Of a stretch of 64,000 bases of DNA, positions 1-10,020 are shown one piece after another. This stretch comes from Candidatus Nomurabacteria bacterium (GTDB lineage Bacteria; Patescibacteriota; Minisyncoccia; Phycocordibacterales; UBA9973), in NCBI GenBank assembly GCA_943350875.1, contig CALRAL010000003.1, positions 25,174 through 89,173 on the forward strand, given 5' to 3'. Position 1 is the stretch's first letter. The number at the start of each line of letters is the position of its first letter. A program made the position numbers and the translations under genes. The notes beneath the pieces are model-generated. The model made no database searches. It was not told the DNA's origin and saw nothing but the letters and a program-made list of their open reading frames with translations.

Positions 1-65
1 TCGATGTCTAATTCTCCTTCGATTTCTACTTCGCTTTTTTCTAGTTTCTTTATTTTTGTTTGCAT
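1..65 (-). CDS. Partial CDS whose 5' end starts at 65 and runs off the window. The N-terminus MQTKIKKLEKSEVEIEGELDI resembles the N-terminus of trigger factor.
   Basis: I translated the minus strand by hand from the ATG (rc of 63-65) and found no stop before the window edge. The trigger-factor-like N-terminal pattern is a weak call. Confidence 0.2.
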   Translation of the reverse strand, partial: MQTKIKKLEKSEVEIEGELDI

Positions 66-88
66 ATTTTTTTTGATTTTTATTTTTT

Positions 89-2101
89 TTATATCAAAAA
101 TGCTACTAAAAGCAAAGCCACAATGTTCAAGATTTTTATCATTGGATTGATAGCAGGACCGGCAGTGTCTTTGTAAGGGTCTCCAACAGTGTCGCCAGTG
201 ATAGCTGCTTTGTGCGCATCGCTTCCTTTACCACCAAAGTGTCCCTTTTCAATATGCTTCTTGGCATTATCCCAAGCGCCTCCACCTGAGGTCATTGAGA
301 TAGCTACGAAAAGTCCAGTGATGATAGAACCAACCAAAAGTCCACCGAGGGCTACTGGTCCTAGGATAAAGCCAACTAAAATAGGAGTGATAACGGGAAT
401 AAGAGCAGGCAGAATCATTTGCTTGATAGCGCTAGTAGTCACCAAGTCAACACATTTGCCGTATTCTGGCTTGCCAGTGCCTTCCATGATGCCTTTGATA
501 TCTCTAAATTGTCGGCGGACTTCTTCTACGACTTTTCCAGCTGTTTTACCTACGGCTTCCATACAAAGTGCACCAAAATAATATGGCAAAAGTCCACCAA
601 TGAAAAGTCCAGCGATTACTTTTGGATCTTCAAGAGTAAAATTCAAATGGACTCCTGCGTTTAAAAATTCTTGAGTATAAGAAGAGAACAACACCAAAGC
701 TGCAAGTCCGGCTGAACCGATGGCATATCCTTTGGTGACAGCTTTAGTGGTGTTGCCGACAGCATCGAGAGCGTCTGTTACTTCACGAACTTTTTCATCC
801 ATTCCAGACATTTCTGCTATCCCTCCAGCATTGTCCGTGATTGGTCCATAAGAATCAATAGCTACGATAATTCCTGTCATTGAGAGCATGCTCATGGCTG
901 CGATAGCAATACCGTAAAGTCCAGCAAAATTATATGAAAGTAAAATACCAGCGACGATGACGAGTAAAGGCCAAGCAGTGGATTTCATTGAAATAGCCAA
1001 ACCTTGAATAATATTTGTGCCGTGTCCTGAGACAGAAGATTCAGCAATGGATTTCACCGGAGCGTATTTTGAAGATGTGAAATATTCTGTGATCACTACG
1101 AGCAGAGCAGTGATGACAAGCCCGACTATAGAAGCGAAGAAAAGATTGTTTACACTATAAATACCATTTTCACTCATCAAAATTTTAGTAATTGGATAAA
1201 AGAGGATAGCAGAGATGACACCGGCACTGACTAGACCTTTGTAAAGAGCATTCATGATGTTTGGAGTTTCACCTTCTTTTTTGGATTTGCCTAATCGGAC
1301 GAACCAAGTTCCAATGATCGAAGCGAGAGTGGCTGCTCCGCCTAAAACTAACGGATAAACGAGAGCATTTTCCATTTTAGTAAATAAAAGAGAGCCGAGG
1401 AGCATCGCTGCGATAGAAGTGACAGCATAAGTCTCAAAAAGGTCTGCTGCCATACCTGCACAATCCCCAACATTGTCTCCGACATTGTCTGCTATTACTG
1501 CCGGGTTTCTTGGATCATCTTCTGGAATACCAGCTTCTAATTTACCGACGAGATCTGCGCCCACATCTGCAGCCTTGGTAAAGATTCCTCCACCAAGTCT
1601 AGCAAACACTGAGATCAAAGATCCTCCAAAACCGAAACCAATTAGAGCTTTTATATCATTTGTTAAAGCGAAAAATCCTGCTACTCCCAAAAGGGCTAGT
1701 CCAACGACGAGGAGTCCGGTGACTGATCCACCCTTAAAAGCAACGGACAATGCACTTGCTAATCCGTCCTTGGCAGCTTCTGCAGTACGGACATTAGCAC
1801 GGACAGAAACATTCATTCCGATATATCCTGCTAAAGCAGAGAGTATTGCGCCTAGTATAAATCCGAGTGCAGAAGTGATACCTAAACCAAGCCATAATAT
1901 GATAAATAGAACAACAGCTATAGCACCGATAGTTTTGTATTGTCTATTTAGATATGCTTTCGCGCCTTCCGCTATGGCCGAAGCGATAGATTGCATTTTT
2001 TCATTCCCAGCGCTTTTTTTTAAGATAGATTTTGCTAAAAATATTCCATAAACGATAACTACCACTGAACTTATAATTGCAAACAATAAAAATTGATTCA
2101 T
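89..2101 (-). CDS. hppA: Membrane-bound proton- or sodium-translocating pyrophosphatase (V-type H+-PPase)
   Basis: The 670-aa ORF is a multi-pass membrane protein. It carries the characteristic H+-PPase motifs [26 protein letters not shown] and [17 protein letters not shown]. Confidence 0.9.
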   Translation of the reverse strand: MNQFLLFAIISSVVVIVYGIFLAKSILKKSAGNEKMQSIASAIAEGAKAYLNRQYKTIGAIAVVLFIILWLGLGITSALGFILGAILSALAGYIGMNVSVRANVRTAEAAKDGLASALSVAFKGGSVTGLLVVGLALLGVAGFFALTNDIKALIGFGFGGSLISVFARLGGGIFTKAADVGADLVGKLEAGIPEDDPRNPAVIADNVGDNVGDCAGMAADLFETYAVTSIAAMLLGSLLFTKMENALVYPLVLGGAATLASIIGTWFVRLGKSKKEGETPNIMNALYKGLVSAGVISAILFYPITKILMSENGIYSVNNLFFASIVGLVITALLVVITEYFTSSKYAPVKSIAESSVSGHGTNIIQGLAISMKSTAWPLLVIVAGILLSYNFAGLYGIAIAAMSMLSMTGIIVAIDSYGPITDNAGGIAEMSGMDEKVREVTDALDAVGNTTKAVTKGYAIGSAGLAALVLFSSYTQEFLNAGVHLNFTLEDPKVIAGLFIGGLLPYYFGALCMEAVGKTAGKVVEEVRRQFRDIKGIMEGTGKPEYGKCVDLVTTSAIKQMILPALIPVITPILVGFILGPVALGGLLVGSIITGLFVAISMTSGGGAWDNAKKHIEKGHFGGKGSDAHKAAITGDTVGDPYKDTAGPAINPMIKILNIVALLLVAFLI

Positions 2102-2124
2102 CTTTTTATTTTTTAACTAATAAT

Positions 2125-3375
2125 TTATTCTTTTTCCCCGCCTGCATCGCTATGCGAAACATTGCGGGCAGGTTCAATTATTTCAACTTTTTCTCCGTCA
2201 GTGGAAGCAAGCACTTTGCCTGCCTGCGCAGGCAGGCCATTACCTTTGATGTCTATTCTCCATCCAGTAAGTTTAGCGGCTAGACGTACATTTTGGCCAC
2301 CTTTACCGATGGCGAGTGATAATTGATCATCAGAGACTTCTACTACTGCTTTGTGTTCTTTTTCATCTACTTTAATAGAGATAACTTTGGCTGGGGAGAG
2401 GGAATTAGAAACGAATTGTTTTGGATCGGCAGTCCAAGGGATAATGTCTATTTTTTCTCCACCCAATTCTTGAGTAATAGTATTTACTCTGGTACCTTTT
2501 TGTCCAACACAAGAACCAACTGGGTCGATATGTTCATCGTTAGAGAAGACTGCTATTTTTGAGCGAGCACCTGCTTCACGAGCGATTGATTTTATCTCTA
2601 CCACGCCATTTTCTATCTCTGGTGCTTCGATGGCAAAGAGTTTCTCGATGAATTTAGGATGGGTCCTAGAAAGCCTCAAATTTATTCCTCTTGGTGAGTC
2701 TTCTACAGAATACAAATATGCGCGGATTCTCTGACCTCGGGCAAAATATTCCCCAGGGATTTGTTCCTCAGCAGGGAGGATGCCAGTTGCGCGGTTGAAA
2801 TCAATATAAACATTCCCTCTTTCCACTTTTTGCACTATGCCAGAAATAACTTCTCCTTCTTTGGTGCCATATTCGTCTATGATGGATGTACGTTCTGCTT
2901 CACGGATCTTTTGGATTATGACCTGCTTTGCAGTTTGAGCTGCGATACGTCCATAATCCTCTTTTGGATCCAGTGGAAAGATTATCTCATCATTCAGTTC
3001 CACCCCCTTTTTTATCTTTCTGGCATCTTCGAGCATGATGTGATGTTCTGCATTGAAACGGACTCTTTCATCATCACTCTTAAAGGAATATTCCCCGCCT
3101 GCATCGCTATGCGAAGCATTGCGGGCAGGAGCTTCTTCTCCTTCCTCTTCTATTTTAGCAATAGTTTCATCTACTACTATTTTCACTTGGTAGAAATCAG
3201 CTTTGCCATTCTCCAAATCAAATTTAGCCCTTATTATTTGGCCTTTTTTACCGTAATCTTTCTTGTAAGCGGCGGCCATGGCTTGCTCGATAGCGTCCAA
3301 TATTTTCTCTTTTGGAATTTTCCTTTCTTCCTCTAGTTGCTCTAATGCTGATTTGAATGTTTTTAGATCTAACAT
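2125..3375 (-). CDS. nusA: Transcription termination/antitermination factor NusA. It carries two in-frame palindromic-element insertions.
   Basis: The 416-aa ORF has a NusA N-terminal domain, S1 and tandem KH domains (GGEKIDIIPW, IGKGGQNVRLAAKLTGWRIDI). The peptide PARNxSHSDAGGE occurs twice, each encoded by a copy of a 37-bp palindromic repeat. Confidence 0.9.
   Translation of the reverse strand: MLDLKTFKSALEQLEEERKIPKEKILDAIEQAMAAAYKKDYGKKGQIIRAKFDLENGKADFYQVKIVVDETIAKIEEEGEEAPARNASHSDAGGEYSFKSDDERVRFNAEHHIMLEDARKIKKGVELNDEIIFPLDPKEDYGRIAAQTAKQVIIQKIREAERTSIIDEYGTKEGEVISGIVQKVERGNVYIDFNRATGILPAEEQIPGEYFARGQRIRAYLYSVEDSPRGINLRLSRTHPKFIEKLFAIEAPEIENGVVEIKSIAREAGARSKIAVFSNDEHIDPVGSCVGQKGTRVNTITQELGGEKIDIIPWTADPKQFVSNSLSPAKVISIKVDEKEHKAVVEVSDDQLSLAIGKGGQNVRLAAKLTGWRIDIKGNGLPAQAGKVLASTDGEKVEIIEPARNVSHSDAGGEKE
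2136..2172. repeat. Family-1 palindromic element (CCCCGCCTGCATCGCTATGCGAAACATTGCGGGCAGG), in-frame in the 3' end of nusA
   Basis: It is near-identical to the copy at 3093-3129 and related to 44821-44860. The sequence is an imperfect hairpin and is GC-rich in an AT-rich context. Confidence 0.8.
3093..3129. repeat. Family-1 palindromic element, second copy, in-frame inside nusA
   Basis: It differs from 2136-2172 at one position and encodes APARNASHSDAGGE in the nusA frame. Confidence 0.8.
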
Positions 3376-3402
3376 AATATTGTTTCGTTTAATGATTGTT
3401 AA

Positions 3403-3446
3403 TTTTTACCTGCCCGCCAAAGCTTTAGCGTCGGCGGGTAAAAATA
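3403..3446. repeat. Family-1-related hairpin (TTTTTACCTGCCCGCC...GGCGGGTAAAAA) in the nusA upstream intergenic region
   Basis: It shares the CCTGCCCGC...AGCG...GGCGGG core with the in-gene family-1 copies. It forms a stem-loop but has no following U-run, so it is not a canonical terminator. Confidence 0.5.
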
Positions 3447-3558
3447 AAAGCCCCAGTTGTGACAGGACTTATACTTGTCTATATTATCACAGTTTACTTT
3501 TTCTTGCAACATACGATTTTATCCACAGATTTTGTTTGTTTCTTAATTTCTTTTTTAG

Positions 3559-3921
3559 TTGTATAATATACATGATATGTCTAGAAAAAATATAATAATA
3601 TTATTTTCTGTCTTAATATTGATATTTACCTTTTTCTTCTTTTATGTGATGGACAAGTCTATTTTCTCTGGTTTTAAATTCGGTGGTCCTAGTGAAGAAT
3701 TAAAAGACTTTTCTCAAGATCCTAAATATACCACCAAGCAAGCACAAACAATTAGAGAACTTGAGAATTTTAAACCCATCCCTAGTCAATCTGTTTCAGG
3801 GGTTGAAATCAAACCAAGAACTCCAGAAGAAATAGTGAAAGAACTTAATTCTTTTAAACCTACAAAAAAAACTTCTCTCAGCGCTAGTCAATTAAAAGCC
3901 CTAAATGATTTTCACCCATAA
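3559..3921 (+). CDS. Small membrane-anchored hypothetical protein
   Basis: 120-aa ORF with an N-terminal TM helix (IIILFSVLILIFTFFFFYV) and low-complexity KP-rich repeats. Confidence 0.3.
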   Translation: MYNIHDMSRKNIIILFSVLILIFTFFFFYVMDKSIFSGFKFGGPSEELKDFSQDPKYTTKQAQTIRELENFKPIPSQSVSGVEIKPRTPEEIVKELNSFKPTKKTSLSASQLKALNDFHP

Positions 3922-3923
3922 TT

Positions 3924-4910
3924 ATGAGCAATTTTAAAAAAATATTTATATTAAGCGCTATTGTAGTGGCTTTTGGTATTTATATTGGTTTTTATGGTTT
4001 TGCAATGTCTGCTAATACACAAAGTCTTTCGGGATATGGGTGGAATGCAGATACATCAACAGGGGGAGTAGGTGGTATGGGTTGGCTTGGTTTTAATGGA
4101 GCTAATTACGGCGTAGATTTAGATAAAGATGCATATTTATTAGGTTATGCTTGGTCCAGTAATTATGGTTGGATTAAATTTGGTGGTCTTGCTGATTTTC
4201 CTGTAGGTGCTGGAACCACAACAGCCAATGCTCAGTTAATTAATGGTGAATTGACAGGCTGGGCGAGAGCTTGCAGTACTTTTCAATCTGGTTGTTCTGG
4301 TGATTATTATTATGGCAATAGTCATCCTGATCCGTTAATTTTTAATGACTTGTCGACTAATCCTTACCTTGGTGGTTGGGATGGATGGATAAGTTTAAGT
4401 GGAAATAGTTTAAATGGGGGCAAATACGGTGTGACTTTTTCTGGTAAAGGTGGAGTATCAAATGCTACCGGTTATGCTTGGGGTGGTGGAGGATATAATA
4501 TAGGTTGGATTGATTTTTCTCAAGTGAAGTTAGGAATTATTGATACTTCTTATTTTACTTTAGTATCAGATAAAACTTTTGTTACTGCTTCAACAGATTC
4601 ATTTAATTTAACTTTACAAGGTTCAGGATTGAATTCAAACAGTGGTGTTGCTACTGGTGGTGATCCAAACTGGATAAATCAAGGATTAAATTTATGCCCT
4701 AATTCCGGTTCACCTGTTACATATGGTCCTCGTAGTTTAAGTGAGATTAGTTCTACAACTACATCTGCAACCTATACACTTACATGTACTACTCTTGCTG
4801 GGAATTTTTTAACAAAGAGCGTGACAATAACTTTAAGAGATGTCAATTTTTGCATAAATAATCCGACTGATCCGACTTGTAAAAAGACACCACATTACAT
4901 TGAGAGATAG
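3924..4910 (+). CDS. Secreted or membrane-anchored repeat protein (GYAWxxxxGWIxF repeats)
   Basis: 328-aa ORF with a signal/TM N-terminus, a Gly/aromatic-rich repeated motif and a Cys-rich C-terminus. Confidence 0.35.
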   Translation: MSNFKKIFILSAIVVAFGIYIGFYGFAMSANTQSLSGYGWNADTSTGGVGGMGWLGFNGANYGVDLDKDAYLLGYAWSSNYGWIKFGGLADFPVGAGTTTANAQLINGELTGWARACSTFQSGCSGDYYYGNSHPDPLIFNDLSTNPYLGGWDGWISLSGNSLNGGKYGVTFSGKGGVSNATGYAWGGGGYNIGWIDFSQVKLGIIDTSYFTLVSDKTFVTASTDSFNLTLQGSGLNSNSGVATGGDPNWINQGLNLCPNSGSPVTYGPRSLSEISSTTTSATYTLTCTTLAGNFLTKSVTITLRDVNFCINNPTDPTCKKTPHYIER

Positions 4911-4955
4911 TGTGTTATAATTATTAAATAACTTTATAAATTTAACTTTTAAAAA

Positions 4956-6863
4956 ATGAATCAAAAATCAAAAATATTTTTAAAATCAATTCTTTTACTT
5001 GTCGTTGTTCTTTTTTCAATAAAAGTTTTTGCTGTAGCTATTAATAGTTGGACAGAGCCTACTCTTTCACCGCCTGGTGGCAATATGCTATCTCCTGTTA
5101 ATGTGGGAGGAACACAACAATATAAAGCTGGATCATTGATTTTAGATGGATTTCGATCTTTAGGTGTTGGTCTTTTTGATGGCTATATTAAAATTGGTAA
5201 TACCTCATCTAGTTGTGATTCTGGAACTGCAGGGGCACAAAAATATAATGGCACCAAAATGCAATATTGTGATGGCGTAGGGTGGAAAGATCTTGGCGGA
5301 TCAAGTACTATTAGCGGAACAGTAAATAATATTGCTATGTTTACCCCTTCTGGAACAAGTATTGGAAATTCTTCAATAACTCAAGATGGCAATACTGGTT
5401 TTGTGGGGATTGGGTTGGCTACAGGTGTATCGGCAGCTAAATTGCTTGATGTGGCTGGAGGAATTAAAACTAGAAGTATTCAGATTACAGGACTAGCGGG
5501 AGATCCATCACCTGTAGGGAAATGGTTAAAAGCAGGCATTAATGGTTTTGCTACTTGGGAAGATCTTCCCGCAGCTGCGGCTGGGGTTTGGGTTCCTGCA
5601 ACCGGAGGTAGTATTAATTACGTCGGTGGGAATGTGGGGATTGGGACAAGTGATCCAAAATCATTATTACATGTATATGGGAGTGCAACTTTAAAAAATC
5701 TTCATTTTGGAGAATCTTTAGGGGCTAATTATATACAAAGTGGAAATTCTCAAATAACTGATGGAAGTTGGCTTCCCCTATTTTTTGGACCATACGGATC
5801 AGGTATAGCTGATGCAAAAATGATGATAGATGGGAGTGGAAATGTTGGGATCGGAACGACAACACCAAACTCTAAACTTACTGTAGCAGGAGATCTTCGC
5901 CTTGAAGGTACTACTGCTTATCCAAGTCTTTTCCCTTTAGATCCAACAGAAAATGTGAATCGTATAACTTGGCCTGGGCACTTTCTCCTTTTGCAAAATA
6001 ATGGTTATGCCCATAACCGTGTAGTTATAGCTCCAGGTGGAGCAACTAGTGGTACAACTGATTCTGAACTTAAAATGTATAGTGCAAGTGCTTCAGCAAC
6101 ACCAGTATATACACAAAAAATTGGTTTTGATACCGGTGGTAATAATTTTTTCATGGGTAATTTGGGGATTGGGACAAGTTCACCAAGCTCGAAATTAACT
6201 GTTGCTGGTACCATCGAATCAACTACTGGTGGTATTAAGTTTCCAGATGGAACTGTGCAAGCTACAGCTTATGTGCCTCATGGCAGCCAAAACTTTTTTT
6301 CGCCAGGAACTTTTCCCTTAACTGTTCCATATGGTGTATCTGAAGTTTTTGTCACAATGAGTGGCGGCGGTGGTGGCGGCGGTGGTGGCGGCGGCAATTG
6401 TCGGGGAGATCATAGTAATTATGCAGGTGCTGGCGGCGGCGGCGGCGGCTCTGCTGGTCCATCTTCTAGGACAAGTTTAACTGTGACACCTAACCAATCT
6501 TACGCGATTGTAGTTGGTTCTGGTGGTTCTGGTGGTCAGGGTGGTAACGGTGGTACTTCCTGTCAAAACAATGCTGGAAATGCTAACGCTGGTCTTGCTA
6601 GTTCTTTTGGATCTTTATTTACAGTGTCTGGTGGTGGAGGTGGTTATAGAGGTGAAGCGGGTAATCTTACTGGCGCTTCTCCTGGATCTGGTGGTCCTGC
6701 TGGCTCCGGCGGTTCTTCTGGTTCCGAAGGTTCTGGTACGTCTGGTGGTACTGGGGCTACTGATGGTTATGGGCATGGCGGTAATGGCGGTAATGGTAGT
6801 AGTGCAGGTAATGGGTCATCTGGTTCTAGTGGTTCACCTGGTTTTATTTCTATAGACTGGTAA
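4956..6863 (+). CDS. Secreted surface protein with tail-fibre-like GNVGIGTxxPxxKLxVAG repeats and a C-terminal Gly-rich, collagen- or PGRS-like low-complexity region
   Basis: 635-aa ORF with a signal peptide and repeated NVGIGTTTPNSKLTVAGD/NLGIGTSSPSSKLTVAG motifs. The long (GGY)n tracts at 6361-6450 encode poly-Gly. Confidence 0.4.
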   Translation: MNQKSKIFLKSILLLVVVLFSIKVFAVAINSWTEPTLSPPGGNMLSPVNVGGTQQYKAGSLILDGFRSLGVGLFDGYIKIGNTSSSCDSGTAGAQKYNGTKMQYCDGVGWKDLGGSSTISGTVNNIAMFTPSGTSIGNSSITQDGNTGFVGIGLATGVSAAKLLDVAGGIKTRSIQITGLAGDPSPVGKWLKAGINGFATWEDLPAAAAGVWVPATGGSINYVGGNVGIGTSDPKSLLHVYGSATLKNLHFGESLGANYIQSGNSQITDGSWLPLFFGPYGSGIADAKMMIDGSGNVGIGTTTPNSKLTVAGDLRLEGTTAYPSLFPLDPTENVNRITWPGHFLLLQNNGYAHNRVVIAPGGATSGTTDSELKMYSASASATPVYTQKIGFDTGGNNFFMGNLGIGTSSPSSKLTVAGTIESTTGGIKFPDGTVQATAYVPHGSQNFFSPGTFPLTVPYGVSEVFVTMSGGGGGGGGGGGNCRGDHSNYAGAGGGGGGSAGPSSRTSLTVTPNQSYAIVVGSGGSGGQGGNGGTSCQNNAGNANAGLASSFGSLFTVSGGGGGYRGEAGNLTGASPGSGGPAGSGGSSGSEGSGTSGGTGATDGYGHGGNGGNGSSAGNGSSGSSGSPGFISIDW

Positions 6864-6887
6864 TTAAAATTTTAAATAAACAACTTC

Positions 6888-6917
6888 AAAAAAATCCCCA
6901 TTATGGGGATTTTTTTG
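6888..6917 (+). terminator. Rho-independent terminator (AAAAAATCCCCATTATGGGGATTTTTTT)
   Basis: Perfect stem with a U-run immediately 3' of the 4956..6863 CDS. A TATAAT-like -10 follows at about 6920, ahead of pilB. Confidence 0.7.
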
Positions 6918-6931
6918 ATATAATATAATTA

Positions 6932-8680
6932 ATGCAAATCAATCAGGAACAATTGAAGAAATTTATTTTGGAGGCAGGATTAATTTCTCGTTCTGATCTA
7001 GAGGCTGAGGAAAAAAAGGCAGGGGGAAATAAGCAAAGTTTTGGAGATACTCTCTTGTCAGATGGAAAAATTTCTGAGGCAGATCTAAAAAAGATGGAGG
7101 CGTATGTGCTAGGGATTCCTTTTGTAAGTTTAGCAACAGAGAAGATTGATTTCTCTATACTTTCTTTTATCCCTGAACCAATAGCGCGCAATTACAATAT
7201 TATCGCTTACAAAAAGACTGATACAAGTCTCGAAGTGGCGATGTTAGATATAGATAATTTGCCGATAATTGATTTTGTAAAAAAGCGTTCAGGCCTCAAA
7301 GTCTTACCACGACTCACTGATTCTGCTTCTATAAAATCTGCTTTGCTTCAGTATAAGAAAAGTCTACAGGCTGAATTTAGTGACATCATTCAAAAAGAAT
7401 CAAACTCGCTTGACGGCTCTCTGAAAGACGAAGTTGAAGAATCAGAAGAGGAATTAAAGGAGATGGCAGATGATTTGCCGGTGGTAAAGATAGTGGATTC
7501 TCTTGTTTCTCATGCAATTTTACAAAATGCGTCTGATATACATATCGAACCAGGGGAGAATGATCTGACAGTGAGGTACAGGATAGATGGGATACTACAT
7601 GACGCGATGGTACTCGACAAGAAAGCAAGTGCTGGTATCACTGCTCGCATAAAAGTTCTTTCCAATTTGAAACTTGATGAAAAAAGACTGCCTCAAGATG
7701 GTAGGTTTAAAATTGATCAAAATGGTCAACGTGTTTCTTTCCGTGTTTCTACTTTGCCGACATTTTATGGAGAGAAAACTGTTATCAGAATATTGCGAGA
7801 AAGCTCACATGGATTTTCCTTAGAGGGTCTTGGTTTTCATGGAGAGGCGTTAGAGAGGATTCATGATTCACTAAAACAAAAGACAGGCATGGTGCTTGCC
7901 GCTGGGCCGACGGGTTCTGGTAAGACGACTACTCTCTACACCATGCTCGATATGTTGAACAAGCCAGATGTAAATATTTCTACTGTTGAAGATCCTATCG
8001 AATATCAGATGCCGAGGATAAATCAGACCCAAGTGAAGTCTGAAATTGGTCTTACTTTTGCCAATGGACTCCGCTCACTCCTACGTCAAGATCCAGATGT
8101 AATAATGGTGGGGGAGATTCGTGATAAAGAGACGGCTGGACTAGCGGTCAATGCTTCACTCACTGGGCACTTGGTGCTATCTACTATCCATACAAACTCC
8201 GCATCTGGAGCTATTCCTAGAATGATAGACATGGGAGTGGAACCATTTTTGATAATTTCTACTGTAAAAACAATTATTGCTCAGAGACTGGTGCGTAAAT
8301 TGACTTCAGGTAAAAAAGAATATTTTTTGTCTTCGGCTGAAATAAAAAACATGGCGAAATATGTTGATTTAGAAAAAATGCTTAGGATTTTAAAAGAAGA
8401 AAAAGTTATAGGACCGAATGCAGTTTGGGATAAAATACCTTTTTATAAACCAGTCAAGGATGCTTCTTCAGAAGATGGATATTCTGGTCGGGTAGGTATA
8501 CACGAAGTGTTAAAAGTTACATCGACTATAAAAGAAATGATCATAAAAGGGTCGTCAGAAGATGAGATAGAGACTCAGGCTAAAAAAGAAGGAATGACAA
8601 CTATGCTTGAAGATGGGATTTTTAAAGCTATATCTGGGGAGACATCTATCGAAGAAGTCTTTCGTGTTATTTCCGAATAA
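6932..8680 (+). CDS. pilB: Type IV pilus assembly ATPase PilB (GspE family)
   Basis: 582 aa with the N-terminal GSPII domain, Walker A GPTGSGKTTT, Asp box and Walker B (VDPDVIMVGEIRD), and the conserved histidine box. Confidence 0.85.
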   Translation: MQINQEQLKKFILEAGLISRSDLEAEEKKAGGNKQSFGDTLLSDGKISEADLKKMEAYVLGIPFVSLATEKIDFSILSFIPEPIARNYNIIAYKKTDTSLEVAMLDIDNLPIIDFVKKRSGLKVLPRLTDSASIKSALLQYKKSLQAEFSDIIQKESNSLDGSLKDEVEESEEELKEMADDLPVVKIVDSLVSHAILQNASDIHIEPGENDLTVRYRIDGILHDAMVLDKKASAGITARIKVLSNLKLDEKRLPQDGRFKIDQNGQRVSFRVSTLPTFYGEKTVIRILRESSHGFSLEGLGFHGEALERIHDSLKQKTGMVLAAGPTGSGKTTTLYTMLDMLNKPDVNISTVEDPIEYQMPRINQTQVKSEIGLTFANGLRSLLRQDPDVIMVGEIRDKETAGLAVNASLTGHLVLSTIHTNSASGAIPRMIDMGVEPFLIISTVKTIIAQRLVRKLTSGKKEYFLSSAEIKNMAKYVDLEKMLRILKEEKVIGPNAVWDKIPFYKPVKDASSEDGYSGRVGIHEVLKVTSTIKEMIIKGSSEDEIETQAKKEGMTTMLEDGIFKAISGETSIEEVFRVISE

Positions 8681-8688
8681 ACAATAAA

Positions 8689-9906
8689 ATGCTTTTTACA
8701 TATAAGGCAAAGTTAAAAACTGGTGAAATTGTTGAAGATACTATAGATTCAATAGATCGTTTTTCAGTTTCCAGAGAATTACGATCGAGGGGTTATACAC
8801 CTTTGTTTATTTCTAAAAAAAATAGTAACTTTTTCAGTTCATTTTTTCGGTCAGAAAATTTTTTAAATAAAGTGAAAGTAGCGGAGCAGATTTTATTTAC
8901 TAAAAACTTGGCAGGAATGTTAAAAGCAGGATTATCACTTTCACGGGCCTTGTCGGTATTACAAAAACAAACCAAAAATGCTTACTTGGGAAAGATTTTG
9001 GCTTCGATATCTACTGAGATAAATTCTGGGGGAACTCTTTCTTCTGGACTTTCTAAATTCCCAAATGTTTTCTCGAAACTTTTTGTATCAATGACTAAAG
9101 CTGGGGAAGAATCTGGTAATTTAGACTTAACTCTTACTGAAGTTGGCGTAAATTTAGAGAAATCTCATGCTTTGACTAAAAAGGTCAAGGGAGCGCTCAT
9201 TTATCCGGGAGTCATATTGTGTGCAATGATTTTAATTGGTGTTTTAATGTTTGCTTTTGTCGTACCAACACTGGCTAATACTTTTAAAGACTTGGGTGCA
9301 AAACTACCCGCCTCGACCCAAATGATAATTTTCCTAGGGGATTTTTTCTCTCACTATTTACTTTTGTCATTGAGTATGATTATATTTTCAATATTTGGAT
9401 TGGTTTCACTCTTTCGTGCGGATTTTATGGCAAAATATATTGATTTCTTTGTACTTAAAATCCCAGTTATTGGAAAATTAGCAAAAGAATTAAATACTGC
9501 TCGTACTGCTCGTACTATGTCTTCGCTTCTCATCTCAGGTATTGCTATTACTCGAGCTGTGGAGATAACACAAGATGTGGTGCAAAATATTTATTATAAA
9601 AAAGTTTTAGATGAAGCCAAAGTTTTTATAGAAAAGGGCATTCCATTCTCTCAAGCTTTTTTAGAAAATACCAATCTCTATCCGGTAATAATGTCAGAGA
9701 TGACTCAAGTGGGTGAGGAAACAGGCAAACTCTCCGAAATGTTACTTCAAATTGCTCTTTTTTATGAAGGGGAAATTGAAAATAAAACTAAAAACCTTTC
9801 CACAATTATTGAACCATTCTTAATGATTTTTATTGGCGCTGCTGTAGGATTCTTTGCTATCTCCATGATCTCTCCTATGTATTCAATCTTAGATAGCATA
9901 AAATAA
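8689..9906 (+). CDS. pilC: Type IV pilus platform protein PilC (GspF family)
   Basis: 405 aa with two GspF-type repeats and TM helices. It sits immediately downstream of pilB. Confidence 0.85.
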   Translation: MLFTYKAKLKTGEIVEDTIDSIDRFSVSRELRSRGYTPLFISKKNSNFFSSFFRSENFLNKVKVAEQILFTKNLAGMLKAGLSLSRALSVLQKQTKNAYLGKILASISTEINSGGTLSSGLSKFPNVFSKLFVSMTKAGEESGNLDLTLTEVGVNLEKSHALTKKVKGALIYPGVILCAMILIGVLMFAFVVPTLANTFKDLGAKLPASTQMIIFLGDFFSHYLLLSLSMIIFSIFGLVSLFRADFMAKYIDFFVLKIPVIGKLAKELNTARTARTMSSLLISGIAITRAVEITQDVVQNIYYKKVLDEAKVFIEKGIPFSQAFLENTNLYPVIMSEMTQVGEETGKLSEMLLQIALFYEGEIENKTKNLSTIIEPFLMIFIGAAVGFFAISMISPMYSILDSIK

Positions 9907-10020
9907 AACTGTTTAGTTAACCTTCAAGGGTGATACTGTGCTAACGCAAATTTTCTTAGTTATAGATGTATTAAATGATTTAATAGTAGAAATGGTATTT
10001 TAATGATATTATTATAGATA

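Noticed and set aside
189-2051. Several plus-strand ORFs of 130-192 aa inside the hppA locus
   Set aside because: They are antisense to a well-supported 670-aa H+-PPase gene. Their products are low-complexity and Pro/Ser-rich, as is typical of shadow ORFs.
2077-3336. Plus-strand ORFs 2077..2283 and 2761..3336 antisense to nusA, both containing PACIAMR[NS]IAGR
   Set aside because: They are antisense read-throughs of the family-1 palindromic repeat inside nusA. The shared peptide is simply the repeat read on the other strand, and there is no independent coding evidence.
3403-3446. The hairpin upstream of nusA as a rho-independent terminator
   Set aside because: No U-rich tract follows on either strand. 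The stem sequence instead matches the family-1 palindromic element, so I annotated it as a repeat.
6514-6855. 113-aa Val/Leu-rich ORF overlapping the end of the 4956..6863 gene
   Set aside because: It is a frame-shifted reading of the (GGT/GGC)-rich glycine-repeat region with a low-complexity product, so I judged it spurious.
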